From: an uncultured delta proteobacterium
Lineage (GTDB): Bacteria > Desulfobacterota > Desulfobacteria > Desulfobacterales > JAHEIW01
Assembly (NCBI GenBank): GCA_963706575.1
Contig: CAVPNL010000008.1
Location: 128,001-192,000 of the forward strand
Direction of reading: 5' to 3'
DNA: 64,000 nucleotides
Part shown: in pieces, positions 10,656-21,871 of the stretch
Layout: each line of letters begins with the position of its first letter
How positions within the stretch are numbered: the first letter of the stretch is position 1
The notes under the pieces: generated by a model
What the model was told of the DNA's origin: nothing
The model's input: the letters and a program-made list of their open reading frames with translations, nothing else
The model's database searches: none
Translations under genes and position numbers: made by a program

Positions 10656-11180
10656 TTAATAGTGGGAATCTGCGTATTCCACCCAGCCGCCGGCTTCTAC
10701 AAGGGCCCGGTCAAAGCCAGATAGCGAAAAACTGATTTCTTCTTTTACCTGGCCCCCTTCAATGATGAGCACCTGTTTTTCAAGATGAGATGTTATGTGG
10801 GTTTCCTGCTTTGCGTGGGATTGAAAGAGATGATCGATGGTAGATGCCGGCAGCTCAACCGTCAGCATGCCGCAGTTAAACATATTTTGTCTGAAGATAC
10901 GGGCGAAGCTTTCGGCAATGACCAGATTGATGCCGTTGGCCTCCAGTGCCCAGGGCGCATGCTCTCTGGATGAACCGCAACCGAAATTGGCGCGACTGAC
11001 AATAACTTTTTTACCGGGGATGTCACGGTCCCTATCGAACCCGTCCAGTTGAATATCTTCAAACAGATGCGGTCCGAGCGCTTTTTTAGAGATTTCGGTC
11101 AGGTATTTTGCTGCAATGATTTCGTCGGTGTTGATATCCGCACGATCCAGAAACAATGCCTTGCCGCTGAAGTTTTTCAT
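10656..11180 (-). CDS. leuD: 3-isopropylmalate dehydratase small subunit
   Basis: DINTDEII, NFGCGSSREHAPW, FARIFRQN. Confidence 0.92.
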   Translation of the reverse strand: MKNFSGKALFLDRADINTDEIIAAKYLTEISKKALGPHLFEDIQLDGFDRDRDIPGKKVIVSRANFGCGSSREHAPWALEANGINLVIAESFARIFRQNMFNCGMLTVELPASTIDHLFQSHAKQETHITSHLEKQVLIIEGGQVKEEISFSLSGFDRALVEAGGWVEYADSHY

Positions 11181-12475
11181 TATTTTTTCTTCTTCTTAAA
11201 AAGGGGTGAATTGGTGATATGGCCTGCAATGGCAGAGGCAGCGGCGGTTGCCGGGCTCATTAAATGGATCATTCCGCCTTTGCCCATTCGGCCCATAAAG
11301 TTACGATTGGTGGTTGAGGCGCATACTTCGCCTTCCGCCAGCACGCCGTTGCTCATTCCCAGACAGGCGCCACAGGTGGGATTGGTGACACAAAAGCCGG
11401 CATCCAGAAAGATACCCATAATACCCTCATCCAGCGCCTGCTGGAAAATTTTGGGCGTTGCCGGTGATACAATGCCGCGAACATTGTCGTCAATTTTGTG
11501 TCCCTTTAAAATCTGCGCCGCGATTCTCAAGTCTTCGATCCGGCCGTTGGTGCAGGATCCGATATAAATCTGATCAATTTCAGTGGCATTCATCTCCTGT
11601 ACAGGGCGCACCTGGTCCGGTTTAAATCCATGCGTCACCATGGGCTCCAACTGTGACACATCATGTTCAATTTTATCCTCGTAAGTGGCGTCCGAATCCG
11701 GCCAGAATGCTCTAAATGCTTCCAAAGCTTCGGATTTATCCGAATATTGATCTTGAATAAATGGCCACAGATACTCCAGGGTTGTTTGGTCCGGGTAGCA
11801 AATGCCGCTGGTGGCGCCGGCTTCAACAGCCATGTTGCACAGGGTCATGCGGGCATCCATGCTCATGGCTGAGACCACCGGCCCACTAAATTCAATGACC
11901 TTATTGGTGGCGCCGTCAACGCCGATCCTGCCGATAACCGATAGGATAACGTCTTTAGCAAACACGCCGGCCGGTAGTGTGCCGGTGATATCGATTTTGA
12001 TGGTTTTTGGATAATGAAAGGTGCAAATCCCTTTTAAAATACCAACCTCAAGATCTGTTGTCCCGACTCCGGCGGCAAAGGCGCCGAAAGCCCCGTATGT
12101 GCAGGTATGCGAATCTCCCATAATAATCGTATGCCCCGGTCTGACAAAGCCTTTTTCCGGGAAAAGAACATGACAGATGCCATTTCTGCCGATATCGAAA
12201 AAATCATGAATTTGATGACGTCGCGCCCATTCCCTTAAGATTTTTCCCTGGGTGGCGGTTTTTGAATCTTTGGCGGGAGAGACATGATCGATTACCACTT
12301 TGATCTTTTGGGGATCAAACACGCGGTCTTTGTCCCTTGCGATCAGATCGTTGATGGCTGTCGGGGTTGTAATTTCGTGACAGAAAACGGCATCGAGGCG
12401 CAACACGTGAATATTATCGGAAGGATTATCGATGCGGTGGGAATCGAAAATTTTTTCAGCAACGGTTTTACCCAT
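11180..12475 (-). CDS. leuC: 3-isopropylmalate dehydratase large subunit
   Basis: DSHTCT, GSCTNGRIEDLR, CGACLG, STTNRNF. Confidence 0.92.
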   Translation of the reverse strand: MGKTVAEKIFDSHRIDNPSDNIHVLRLDAVFCHEITTPTAINDLIARDKDRVFDPQKIKVVIDHVSPAKDSKTATQGKILREWARRHQIHDFFDIGRNGICHVLFPEKGFVRPGHTIIMGDSHTCTYGAFGAFAAGVGTTDLEVGILKGICTFHYPKTIKIDITGTLPAGVFAKDVILSVIGRIGVDGATNKVIEFSGPVVSAMSMDARMTLCNMAVEAGATSGICYPDQTTLEYLWPFIQDQYSDKSEALEAFRAFWPDSDATYEDKIEHDVSQLEPMVTHGFKPDQVRPVQEMNATEIDQIYIGSCTNGRIEDLRIAAQILKGHKIDDNVRGIVSPATPKIFQQALDEGIMGIFLDAGFCVTNPTCGACLGMSNGVLAEGEVCASTTNRNFMGRMGKGGMIHLMSPATAAASAIAGHITNSPLFKKKKK

Positions 12476-12573
12476 AATGTTCCCCAGGAAGCAATTTTAG
12501 TCTTGAATGTGATTTATACCAGGAATGGCTTATGTTCAAGTTCAATATAAGCCGCCCGCCAAGATTCGCAAGG

Positions 12574-12727
12574 CTCAAAGCATAGCGCATAGAGCATAGC
12601 GCAAAGCGTTGAATGGTTGCGGTTTCAAGTCAGCTCAAGGCCTTTACGCTATGCCCCATGCGCTTTGCCCCATGCGTGTTTGTCGCATTCCGCAATCCGC
12701 ATTCCGAAATCCAAAATCCGAAATCGA
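12574..12727. repeat. Heptamer tandem repeats (GCATAGC/GCTATGC inverted arms, then ATTCCGC/AATCCGA)
   Basis: Visible 7-nt periodicity between lepA and leuC. Confidence 0.75.
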
Positions 12728-12728
12728 A

Positions 12729-14534
12729 TTAGTCGGAGTCTGACTTTAGTACCGCCAGAAATGCCGATTGCGGAATCATCACTTTCCCGACCATTTTCAT
12801 CCGCTTTTTGCCCTTTTTCTGTTTTTCGAGCAATTTGCGTTTGCGGGTGATATCGCCGCCGTAGCATTTGGCGGTGACATCTTTTCTCAGGGCTGAGATA
12901 GTTTTACGTGCGATAATATTTCCGCCGATGGCCCCCTGAATCGCAATTTTGAACATCTGCTTCGGGATTTCCTGCTTCAGCTTTTCACAGGCCGCTCTGG
13001 CTCTGGCGACAGCATTGTCTTTGTATACCAGCTGCGACAATGCATCCACCCGTTCGCCGTTGATCAAAATGTCCATTTTGACCAGGTCGGTTTCGCGATA
13101 ATCGATCAAGTCGTAATCAAAGGAGCCGTAGCCCTGGGTCAAGGATTTGAGCCGGTCATAAAAGTCATAAATGACCTCTGACAGCGGAATCTCAAATATC
13201 ATTTCGAGGCGGTCGCTGGTGAGATAATGGTAGGTTTTGTTAATCCCGCGCCGCTCAAGGCACAGCGTCATCATCGCCCCCATGTAACGTTTCGGTACGA
13301 TAATGGCCGCGCGGATATAGGGCTCATGGGTCGTCGCTATTCCAGCCGGATCAGGGTAATATGCGGGATTATCGATCGTCATTTCTGAGCCGTCATTCAT
13401 GACCACCTGATATTGAACGGATGGTGCTGTCAGAATAAGCGAAAGATCGTATTCACGCTCCAGCCGCTCCTGGACGACTTCAAGATGTAAAAGCCCCAGA
13501 AAGCCGCAGCGAAAGCCAAAACCCAGGGCCACCGATGAATCCTTTTCATATACCAGCGCGGCATCATTTAATTTAAGCTTTTCCATACCGGCCGCCAGGT
13601 CTTCGTAACCATCTGAGGCCGTCGGGTATATCGAAGAAAAAACCACCGGTTTCGTCGCTTTAAACCCCGCCAGTGGTGAATCGCACGGGCGATCTTTATG
13701 GGTAATGGTGTCCCCGCAACGGGTATCGCTGATCGTCTTTATGCCGGCAATAATGTAACCCACCTGGCCGGCGCAAAGCGTTTGCATGGGGATGCGTTCC
13801 AGCTGGAAAACACCGACTTCTTCGACCCGGTAAGCTGACCGGTTGGATGTGAACATGATGGTGTCTCCCGGCTTTATCTGTCCGGAAAAAATGCGCAGAT
13901 GAACAACCGTGCCGCGGTAGGAATCGTAATGAGAATCAAAAATTAGCGCCTGTAACGGTTCGTCCGCGTCACCGCCGGGCGGCGGCAATTTTGTTACAAT
14001 GGATTCAAGAACCGCGTCGATTCCCAGCCCCTGCTTGGCTGATATCTGAAGAGCGACCTCCGGATCCAGCCCCAGATCTTCCGCAATCTGGTTTTTTACG
14101 CGATCAACATCAGCAGACGGCAGATCGATCTTATTAATGATCGGAATGATTTCCAGATCGTGCTCCAGCGCCAGGTACAAATTGGCTAACGTCTGGGCTT
14201 CAACGCCCTGACTGGCATCGATCAGCAGCAAAGCCCCTTCACAGGCAGCCAGGGCTCGCGAAACTTCATAGGTAAAATCCACATGTCCGGGAGTGTCAAT
14301 CAGGTTTAAAAAATAGGTGTGCTTATCATTGGCGGTGTACGGCAGGCAAATCGTCTGACTTTTTATGGTGATCCCTCGTTCCCGCTCAATATCCATGGTG
14401 TCGAGAATCTGGTCTTTAAAATCACGGTCCTCAATGATATGTGCAGCCTGGATAAGGCGATCAGATAAAGTGGATTTGCCGTGATCAATATGGGCAATAA
14501 TGCTAAAATTTCTAATGTATTGCATCTCAAACAT
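12729..14534 (-). CDS. lepA: Elongation factor 4
   Basis: [46 protein letters not shown]. Confidence 0.98.
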   Translation of the reverse strand: MFEMQYIRNFSIIAHIDHGKSTLSDRLIQAAHIIEDRDFKDQILDTMDIERERGITIKSQTICLPYTANDKHTYFLNLIDTPGHVDFTYEVSRALAACEGALLLIDASQGVEAQTLANLYLALEHDLEIIPIINKIDLPSADVDRVKNQIAEDLGLDPEVALQISAKQGLGIDAVLESIVTKLPPPGGDADEPLQALIFDSHYDSYRGTVVHLRIFSGQIKPGDTIMFTSNRSAYRVEEVGVFQLERIPMQTLCAGQVGYIIAGIKTISDTRCGDTITHKDRPCDSPLAGFKATKPVVFSSIYPTASDGYEDLAAGMEKLKLNDAALVYEKDSSVALGFGFRCGFLGLLHLEVVQERLEREYDLSLILTAPSVQYQVVMNDGSEMTIDNPAYYPDPAGIATTHEPYIRAAIIVPKRYMGAMMTLCLERRGINKTYHYLTSDRLEMIFEIPLSEVIYDFYDRLKSLTQGYGSFDYDLIDYRETDLVKMDILINGERVDALSQLVYKDNAVARARAACEKLKQEIPKQMFKIAIQGAIGGNIIARKTISALRKDVTAKCYGGDITRKRKLLEKQKKGKKRMKMVGKVMIPQSAFLAVLKSDSD

Positions 14535-14607
14535 CGTTTTTGCCGGATCCGCTGCTGCATCTTAATTTAGATAGACACTTGAAAGTGTTGAAGAATCTAA
14601 AAGTCAG

Positions 14608-14636
14608 TTGACACAAATTGCCTTTCTGGATATATT
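14608..14636 (+). promoter_or_regulatory. Sigma70-type promoter for the diguanylate cyclase gene
   Basis: TTGACA-N17-TATATT. Confidence 0.55.
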
Positions 14637-14728
14637 ATACATATAAATAAAATAAAAACGTTTACCTATCAAATTATTTCAAATACTGTCAACCCCGGCT
14701 TTCCGGATGGATCCCGGCCAACTAATCA

Positions 14729-15685
14729 ATGGCACTGATGGGAAAAAAGAATTCAAATATTAATGTATTAATCGTTGATGATGACTTGAGCGTCAGAAAT
14801 ACGATGGATGAATATATTGCCAATGCCGGATTTAGTACGTTGGCCGCCTCATCTGCTGAAGAAGCTCTTGAATTAATTGAAAAAAATAATTTTGCTGTCG
14901 TCATTACCGATATTCGATTGCCGGGACTGGGCGGTCTTGAGCTCACCAAAGTCATCAAGCAAAAAAATGGGTCCGATGTCATTGTTGTGACCGGATACAG
15001 CGACGACTATTCCTATGAAGAGGCCATCAATATCGGTGCCAGTGACTTTGTCATCAAACCGGTGCGGCTTGAAGAGTTGCTGCTCAGACTGAGGCGTGTG
15101 CTTAAAGAGCGCCAGCTAAGCTCCGAACGTACCCGTATGATGCAAAAACTGCAAAAGCTCGCCACCACGGACGGTCTCACCAAACTTTACAATTCACGCT
15201 CATTTTACTCCCAGCTTGAATTGGAAGTGGACCGCTACAACCGTTACAAACATCCGCTTTCACTTCTGCTGCTGGACATTGATAATTTCAAAGAGTTCAA
15301 TGACAATTTCGGACATCTGGAAGGCGATAAAGTGCTTGTGCGATTCAGTCAAATCATCAAATCCTGTCTGAGAACAAATGACTCTGCCTATCGTTACGGC
15401 GGTGAAGAGTTTACGGTTATCCTGCCGGAAACAAATGGTGACGAAGCCAAAACTGTGGCCCAGCGTATCCGTTCCTCTCTGGAAACGGAAAAATTTAAGC
15501 CGATACCCGATAAAAATGCTAAAATTACCATCAGCATTGGGGTCACCCAGTACTTTCCCAAAGAGGAATTATCCGCATTTATTCGGCGAGCAGACAAGGC
15601 CATGTACCTTTCCAAGAAAAATGGGCGCAACCGCGTCTCCGTCCTGCTGGCCGAACCCCCTGTAAAGTCCAAACGAAAAGCCTAA
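14729..15685 (+). CDS. Receiver domain + GGDEF diguanylate cyclase
   Basis: VLIVDDD..ITDIRLPG..KP receiver; DGLT.LYN, DIDNFK, RYGGEEF. Confidence 0.93.
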   Translation: MALMGKKNSNINVLIVDDDLSVRNTMDEYIANAGFSTLAASSAEEALELIEKNNFAVVITDIRLPGLGGLELTKVIKQKNGSDVIVVTGYSDDYSYEEAINIGASDFVIKPVRLEELLLRLRRVLKERQLSSERTRMMQKLQKLATTDGLTKLYNSRSFYSQLELEVDRYNRYKHPLSLLLLDIDNFKEFNDNFGHLEGDKVLVRFSQIIKSCLRTNDSAYRYGGEEFTVILPETNGDEAKTVAQRIRSSLETEKFKPIPDKNAKITISIGVTQYFPKEELSAFIRRADKAMYLSKKNGRNRVSVLLAEPPVKSKRKA

Positions 15686-15694
15686 AAAGTTCAG

Positions 15695-15849
15695 AGTGCC
15701 TAAAATGACTAAAGTGAGCTAAAGTGCCTAAAGTTGTGGTGTCGCTCGCGCAGCGCAGGCGCTTGCGCCGCGTGCCGCTCCGTCGTTTATAAAATGGATA
15801 GAATTCCTTAACTTTAGTCACTTTAGATCACTCCCAACTTTAGTCACTT
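15695..15849. repeat. GTGACTAAA-like tandem arms in inverted arrangement around a GC-rich core; second copy 43926..44046
   Basis: Shared GTCGCTCGCGCAGCGC core and TATAAAA.GGAT..AGAATTC. Confidence 0.75.
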
Positions 15850-15864
15850 GTTTTTTAACTACTT

Positions 15865-16836
15865 CTAAGTGTCAATGGTGACTTTCAGAAACAAATCCCC
15901 GCTTCCGCGCGCGCCTGCGCGCTGTCCGAGGCCCTTGAGCCGCAGGACGGTTCCTTCCTGAATACCGGCCGGCACCTTTACGTTAAACGACCTTTTTTGA
16001 AATCCCAACGGAATATTGACCAGTTTCCGGGTACCGTTGACCGCCTCATGCGGCGTTATTTTGATCACACCATACAGGTGCGAGTCTTTTCCTGAACTTG
16101 CCGGGCGAATGACTTGCAGACGCGGTGTTTTCCTTTTGGCGGTGAATTGACGCAGCTGACGGGACACTCCGGTATCCGGCAAGGCACTAAATAGCTTCAA
16201 AAACAGCATGCCGAATACAAAACCGCCGATATGCGCCCACCAGGCAATACCACCTGCGGTTCCGTGACTGCCGGCGGCATTGATAAACTGCAAGATAAAC
16301 CACAGGCCGAGAAAAATAAATGCCGGTATATTGATAAAATAGGGAATAAAAAAAATCGGAATGAGCGTTAGAATTTTTGATCTGGGATGCAGAATAAAAT
16401 AGGCCCCCATGACGCCGGCAATGGCCCCGCTGGCCCCGATCGTGGGCACATTCGACTGCAGGTTTAAGATCAGGTGGGAAAGCCCGGAGGCGACACCACA
16501 CAGCAGGTAAAATAGCGCATAGCGGATGGACCCCAAGCGGTCTTCGACATTATCACCGAAAATGTATAGGGACCACATATTGCCCAGAAGGTGCCAAAAG
16601 CTGCCGTGCAAAAACATAAATGAAAGCAGTGAAAGAACCTGCTGGCTTGCGCTAAAATATTCGGCGACCTGGGGAATGGAGTAGCGCGCCGGGACCAGGC
16701 CATAGATATAGATGAATCGGTTTATTTCAGGGCCCTGGAGATGTTGAATTAAATAAACGACAACATTGATACCGATAATTGCGGTGTTAACAACAGGGTA
16801 ATTTCGGGTAGGCGTTGTGTCGCGTAATGGTATCAT
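15865..16836 (-). CDS. Rhomboid intramembrane serine protease fused to a DnaJ C-terminal-like domain
   Basis: HLLGNM, GASG, WWAHIGG; tail ITPHEAVNG..VKVPAGIQEGTVLRLKGLG..GDLFLKV. Confidence 0.88.
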   Translation of the reverse strand: MIPLRDTTPTRNYPVVNTAIIGINVVVYLIQHLQGPEINRFIYIYGLVPARYSIPQVAEYFSASQQVLSLLSFMFLHGSFWHLLGNMWSLYIFGDNVEDRLGSIRYALFYLLCGVASGLSHLILNLQSNVPTIGASGAIAGVMGAYFILHPRSKILTLIPIFFIPYFINIPAFIFLGLWFILQFINAAGSHGTAGGIAWWAHIGGFVFGMLFLKLFSALPDTGVSRQLRQFTAKRKTPRLQVIRPASSGKDSHLYGVIKITPHEAVNGTRKLVNIPLGFQKRSFNVKVPAGIQEGTVLRLKGLGQRAGARGSGDLFLKVTIDT

Positions 16837-16837
16837 A

Positions 16838-16997
16838 GTGCGGGTTACGGGTTGCGCGTTGCGGGTTACGCGGTACGAGTTGCGTGTTACGTGTTGCGCG
16901 TTTCGGGTTACGCGTTAAGGCAACATCTACTGTGTTGCAGCGATGGGTTCTGGTTTTTTAGAATTTAACCCGCAACCCGTAACTCGTAACTCGCAAC
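16838..16997. repeat. Inverted heptamer arrays (GGGTTGC/GGGTTAC-like ... GCAACCC/GTAACTC)
   Basis: 7-nt periodicity filling the valS-rhomboid intergenic region. Confidence 0.8.
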
Positions 16998-19661
16998 TTA
17001 GGTATCAAGCTCTTGTATCCGTTTTAGATGCGACGCTAATTTCTGCTGTTTTTCCTGAAAGCCGGCGTGTTTTGCCTTCACCTGCTCAACCACATCCTGT
17101 GGCGCCTTGTTCAGGAAATTTTCATTTTCCAGCTTCTTTGAAACTGCTGCCAGCTCATTTTCCAGCTTATTCATTTCTTTTTCAAGGCGCCGGGCCTCTT
17201 TGCCAAAATCGATAATTCCTTCTAAAGGAACAAAAATCGTGGCACCGCCAACCACAGCGGTAGCTGAAGATTTTGGCCTTTCAGCACTCTCATTGACGCT
17301 AAATGCACCCAGTTTGGCAAGGTTGATAATGATATCCTGGTGATGTTCCAATGTATTTTTAATATTCGTTTCTTTAGTGTGAACCATGGCTGTCAGATTT
17401 AAGGAAGGCGAAATATTCATTTCTCCTCTGATGTTTCTGACGGCAGATATGAGATAGATTAGCAGGTCCATTTCAGACTCTGCCTTATCTTCACGACGAA
17501 TGTCGGTGCTGTCCTCTCGATCCGCAGGAAATACGGCCTTCATAATGGATTCCTGAGTTCCGGGCAGCTTATGCCATATTTCTTCGGTGACAAACGGCAT
17601 AAACGGATGCAGCAGTATGAGCGTATCGTGCATGACGCGCCATAAGACCCCGAGGGTGGTCTCTTTTTTTTGTGGGCCTTCTTTTTCGTATAGAGCTGGT
17701 TTGATCGCCTCTAGGTACCAGTCACAAAATTGGTGCCAGACAAAATTATAGATTTCGGCGGCCGCATCGTTAAAACGATAGCTATCGAGCGCCTCGGCCA
17801 CCGTCTGGGTGACGCGACTGAGGCGGGACAAAATCCAGCGGTCCGGAAGCGATAGGTCATCAAAGTTAATCTTCGGGTAGGGCTGATCAATATGCATCAG
17901 CGCAAAACGGGCGGCATTCCACAGTTTGTTTACAAAATGACGGTATCCTTCGATGCGTTTTTCCGACATTTTGACGTCCCGGCCCTGGGCGGCAAAAGCC
18001 GCCAGGGTAAAGCGGAATGCATCGGTGCCATACTGCTCGATGACCGTTAACGGGTCAATGACGTTACCCGTTGATTTGCTCATTTTTTTGCCTTCTTCAT
18101 CGCGAACGAGCGCATGCACATACACGTCGGTAAAGGGCACTTCTTTCATGAATTGGATGCCCATCATCATCATACGTGCCACCCAGAAGAAGAGAATGTC
18201 AAACGCCGTTACCAGGACCGATGTTGGGTAAAACGTTTTTAGAAGCGGGGTTTTTTTCGGCCAGCCCATTGTTGAAAACGGCCACAGAGCCGAACTGAAC
18301 CAGGTGTCCAGTACATCGGTTTCCTGTACCAGCTTTGTTCCGCCGCATTGGGGGCAGGAGCGGGGTGCTTCCATAGAAACGATCATTTCATCACACCCCT
18401 CACAGGTCCAGGCCGGTATCTGATGGCCCCACCAGATCTGGCGGGAAATACACCAGTCGCGAATATTTTCCAGCCAATCATAATAGGTCTTGGTCCATGT
18501 ATCGGGTATGATGCGGGTCTGGCCGGATTTAACGGCTTCAATCGCTTTTTGCGCCATGGGTTTTACTTTTACAAACCATTGTTTTGAAAGATTCGGTTCC
18601 ACCATTGTGTGGCAGCGATAACAATGACCGACGCTGTGACGATAGGGTTCGATTTGTTCCAAACGCTTTTCTGCTTTCAATGCCTCAACCACCGCCTTGC
18701 GGGCTTCAAAACGATCGAGGCCTGCAAAATTTCCGGCATCCGGCGTCATTTTGCCGTCGTCTCCGATAACCTTAATGGCGGGCAGTTGGTGGCGCATTCC
18801 GATTTCAAAGTCATTGGGGTCATGGGCCGGTGTTACCTTTAACCCACCGGTACCGAATGCCATGTCCACATAGCTGTCTTTGATGAGCGGAATTTCCCTA
18901 TCCATCAACGGGAGAATAACGGATTCTGATTTAAGGTTCTGGTAGCGTTCATCATCCGGGTGCACGGCCACCGCCGTGTCACCCAGCATCGTCTCGGGCC
19001 TGGTAGTGGCCACCACAATATCGCCGTCGCCTTTGGTAAACGGATAACGGATATGATACAGATGGCCGTCGCGTTCTTCGTGTTCGACTTCAAGGTCGGC
19101 CAGGGCCGTGTGGCATCGATGACACCAGTTGATGATGTAATCATCACGATAGATAAGGCCCTCATGGTAGAGCTCCACAAAGACCTTGCGTACCGCTTGC
19201 GATAATCCTTCATCCATTGTGAAGCGTTCCCGATTCCAATCACAGGAAGCGCCGAGCCGTTTTAACTGATTGATGATTTCACCACCGTACTTTTTACGCC
19301 ATTCCCAGACCGCATCGATAAATTTTTCTCTGCCCAGCTGGTGGCGATCGCTGCCCTCGGCGGCCAGTTTTTTTTCGACGACGTTTTGAGTGGCAATGCC
19401 GGCATGATCCGTTCCCGGCATCCAAAGCACATTGTCTCCGCGTAAGCGCCGATAGCGGCAAAGCACATCCTGCAGGGTGTTGTTAAGCGCGTGGCCCATA
19501 TGCAGGACACCGGTAACATTCGGCGGCGGAATAACAATCGAATACGCTTTTTGAGAACTTTTTTCTTTGGCAGCAAACAAATCCTGCTCTTCCCAGTATT
19601 GATACCAGCGTTTTTCAACCTCATGCGGCTCGTAAGCCTTTTCAAGTAAATTTGAATTCAT
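16998..19661 (-). CDS. valS: Valine--tRNA ligase
   Basis: [31 protein letters not shown]-terminal coiled coil. Confidence 0.98.
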   Translation of the reverse strand: MNSNLLEKAYEPHEVEKRWYQYWEEQDLFAAKEKSSQKAYSIVIPPPNVTGVLHMGHALNNTLQDVLCRYRRLRGDNVLWMPGTDHAGIATQNVVEKKLAAEGSDRHQLGREKFIDAVWEWRKKYGGEIINQLKRLGASCDWNRERFTMDEGLSQAVRKVFVELYHEGLIYRDDYIINWCHRCHTALADLEVEHEERDGHLYHIRYPFTKGDGDIVVATTRPETMLGDTAVAVHPDDERYQNLKSESVILPLMDREIPLIKDSYVDMAFGTGGLKVTPAHDPNDFEIGMRHQLPAIKVIGDDGKMTPDAGNFAGLDRFEARKAVVEALKAEKRLEQIEPYRHSVGHCYRCHTMVEPNLSKQWFVKVKPMAQKAIEAVKSGQTRIIPDTWTKTYYDWLENIRDWCISRQIWWGHQIPAWTCEGCDEMIVSMEAPRSCPQCGGTKLVQETDVLDTWFSSALWPFSTMGWPKKTPLLKTFYPTSVLVTAFDILFFWVARMMMMGIQFMKEVPFTDVYVHALVRDEEGKKMSKSTGNVIDPLTVIEQYGTDAFRFTLAAFAAQGRDVKMSEKRIEGYRHFVNKLWNAARFALMHIDQPYPKINFDDLSLPDRWILSRLSRVTQTVAEALDSYRFNDAAAEIYNFVWHQFCDWYLEAIKPALYEKEGPQKKETTLGVLWRVMHDTLILLHPFMPFVTEEIWHKLPGTQESIMKAVFPADREDSTDIRREDKAESEMDLLIYLISAVRNIRGEMNISPSLNLTAMVHTKETNIKNTLEHHQDIIINLAKLGAFSVNESAERPKSSATAVVGGATIFVPLEGIIDFGKEARRLEKEMNKLENELAAVSKKLENENFLNKAPQDVVEQVKAKHAGFQEKQQKLASHLKRIQELDT

Positions 19662-19735
19662 TAGATAACTGTTCCTCCATCGGACTGCTCAAACAAGAAA
19701 CTCAACGTAATGCCTGCATACGGCTGCCTGAAAGC

Positions 19736-19762
19736 AAAAAGGGGATTATTGAATAATCCCCT
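19736..19762 (-). terminator. Terminator-like hairpin upstream of valS
   Basis: GGGGATTATT-C-AATAATCCCC followed by T5 on minus strand. Confidence 0.6.
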
Positions 19763-19767
19763 GGGAT

Positions 19768-20031
19768 TACCTGAATTTTGCACGAGTCGGAGGCTTTCAT
19801 ATGCAAGGCACTTAAGGGCGGGACTATAATGAACTATGTCTCGCCCTTAATAACGCAGCAGATGGAAGCCTCCGGCTCGCCGCGTTGTTCTCAGGGTGAA
19901 AAGTAATGAGATAAAATGATTTTCAACCATTTTATTTGATCGGTATTTCTTTGTGCTTCTATAATTTACTTAACTTGCTATCTTTAAATGTGATCCTAAC
20001 CTCTCATTAATTTTCATGCAAGATTCGGGTA
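19768..20031. mobile_element. Probable MITE with a nested hairpin insert
   Basis: TACCTGAATTTTGCA / TGCAAGATTCGGGTA (13 of 15 inverted); inner IR TGAAAAGTAATGAGA / TCTCATTAATTTTCA; hairpin 19783..19879 with GCAAGGC..AACGCAGC core. Confidence 0.6.
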
Positions 20032-20069
20032 TTAGCATAGTCATGATAGAAAATATAGTTTTTTATTTA

Positions 20070-21704
20070 TCAGATGTTATCATCGCTGCCGTCATCCAGC
20101 AAAACGTTTTTAAGTCGGTCGATTTCTTTTGAGACCGCTTTTTCGATGGTCTGCGTAACGATGGATTCGATTTTATCGGAAAAATTGTTCAGAATGATCC
20201 GTTCGATTGATTTTTCGATTTGTCCCCGGCTGGCACCTGTTAAGGCGGCTAACGAGCCATCCGCCGGCGGCTCCCCGGAGGGTTCAACATCAGTGGTCTC
20301 AATATCTTCTTCGTCGGTGTCATCGCCGGTTTCAGATACATCCGACCCGATCACCTCTGCTTCTGATTCAGCATCTTCATTGAACTCGGCCTCTGCTTCT
20401 GATTCATCGAAAAAAGTGGTTTGCAGCCGGTCGATTTTTTCTGAAATTTCATCGGTGTCATCGCCGGTCTCAGATACAGCCGATCCGATCGCCTCTGCTT
20501 CTGATTCAGCATCTTCATCGAATTCGGCCTCTGCTTCTGATTCATCGAAAAAAGTGGTTTGCAGCCGGTCGATTTTTTCTGAAATTTCATCGGTGTCGTC
20601 GCCGGTCTCTGATACAGCCGATCCGATCGCCTCTGCTTCTGGTTCAGCATCTTCGTCGAGCTCGGCCTCTGCTTCTGATTCATCGAAAAAAGTGGTTTGC
20701 AGCCGGTCGATTTTTTCTGAAATTTCATCGGTGTCGTCGCCGGCCTCTGATACAGCCGATCCGATCGCCTCTGCATCTGGTTCAGCATCTTCGTCGAGCT
20801 TGGCCTCTGCTTCTGATTCATCGAAAAAAATGGTTTGCAGCCCGTCGATTTTTTCTGAAATTTCACTTGAATCCATTTCAAAATCAAATTCTTCCGTACC
20901 GGATGACGCAGCTGTCATATTTATATCCGATTCGCCTTCAACTTCCAGGGCGTTTGTTAAATCATCTTCGAAATTATCATCGATTCGAATTTCTTCACCT
21001 AATGAATCATTGATGAAGTCTTCAAGTTCAGCATCTTCAACATCAGCACCGGGACCGTCAAACTGGATGATATCGTCTTCGATTTCTTCACGCACGGTTT
21101 CATCAGCCATTTCCGGGACGCTGTCTTCTTCTGTTAGGCTGTCTTCCTCCACGTCAATCAATTCCAGAAATTCTTCGTCGGATTCCAATTCCTCACCGAC
21201 ATCGGAGAGGGTCATCAACTCATTACTGTCTTCGGATAAGATGTCGTCAAATTCAGTGATCTCTACCACTTCATTGTCAGCATTGGCTTTCAGGGGTTCT
21301 TCTTCGTCCACCAGTGGCAGCATTTCAGTCTGGTCTTCGTCTTCTTCCTCAAATGGAAGTTTGTCAGCCAGATGGTCGACGTTTTCCTTATCTTCATCCT
21401 CCTCCTCAAATACAAGGTCATCGACCAGATGGTCGACGTTTTTTGCAACATCGACTTCTTCGCCGAAGACATCCAGGCCGCTGATTGTATCTGCAGCCGG
21501 TTCATCCGCCTGTATGTCTTCATTCACTTGATCATCTTGGTCGATTCCTGTCATTTTTGCCTTTGGCGGAGGCTTGACCTCGTCTTTGAGCTCGATAATG
21601 TCATCATCATCATCGGAGCCCTGATTCAAAGCCTCGCTCAGGTCAAGCTTCAGCTTTTTATCAGATTCTGGTTTTTGCGGAGGCGTTTTCTCGTTTTCAT
21701 CCAT
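20070..21704 (-). CDS. Highly acidic, probably disordered protein with 4 x 46-aa repeats and a short C-terminal helical domain
   Basis: D/E-rich; DDIIEL at N-terminus; IESIVTQTIEKAVSKEIDRLK at C-terminus. Confidence 0.8.
   Translation of the reverse strand: MDENEKTPPQKPESDKKLKLDLSEALNQGSDDDDDIIELKDEVKPPPKAKMTGIDQDDQVNEDIQADEPAADTISGLDVFGEEVDVAKNVDHLVDDLVFEEEDEDKENVDHLADKLPFEEEDEDQTEMLPLVDEEEPLKANADNEVVEITEFDDILSEDSNELMTLSDVGEELESDEEFLELIDVEEDSLTEEDSVPEMADETVREEIEDDIIQFDGPGADVEDAELEDFINDSLGEEIRIDDNFEDDLTNALEVEGESDINMTAASSGTEEFDFEMDSSEISEKIDGLQTIFFDESEAEAKLDEDAEPDAEAIGSAVSEAGDDTDEISEKIDRLQTTFFDESEAEAELDEDAEPEAEAIGSAVSETGDDTDEISEKIDRLQTTFFDESEAEAEFDEDAESEAEAIGSAVSETGDDTDEISEKIDRLQTTFFDESEAEAEFNEDAESEAEVIGSDVSETGDDTDEEDIETTDVEPSGEPPADGSLAALTGASRGQIEKSIERIILNNFSDKIESIVTQTIEKAVSKEIDRLKNVLLDDGSDDNI
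20313..20864 (-). repeat. Four near-identical 138-bp coding tandem repeats
   Basis: GATTTTTTCTGAAATTTC recurs at 20433, 20571, 20709 and 20847. Confidence 0.95.
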
Positions 21705-21871
21705 ATTTTCACCGTGGTTAAAAAAAGTTAAAGGTAGCCGCTAAGCTACCAAAGCACTATTATTTTTAAGAAAATTATCATATGGTATAGTTTAAGTCAA
21801 GTTATTTGGGCGGGAGGCAATCTCCGGCAGGCCTTAAAAATAGAGCGTTTTTGCAACTAAAGGATGGATTT

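Noticed and set aside
19662..19770. T-box riboswitch upstream of valS
   Set aside because: A terminator-like hairpin is present, but no T-box consensus or specifier stem is visible.
20313..20864. Regular direct repeats as a CRISPR array
   Set aside because: 138-bp units are contiguous, in frame within a CDS and have no unique spacers; no cas genes.
20074..21531. 485-aa Ser-rich plus-strand ORF
   Set aside because: Antisense shadow of the Asp/Glu-rich gene.
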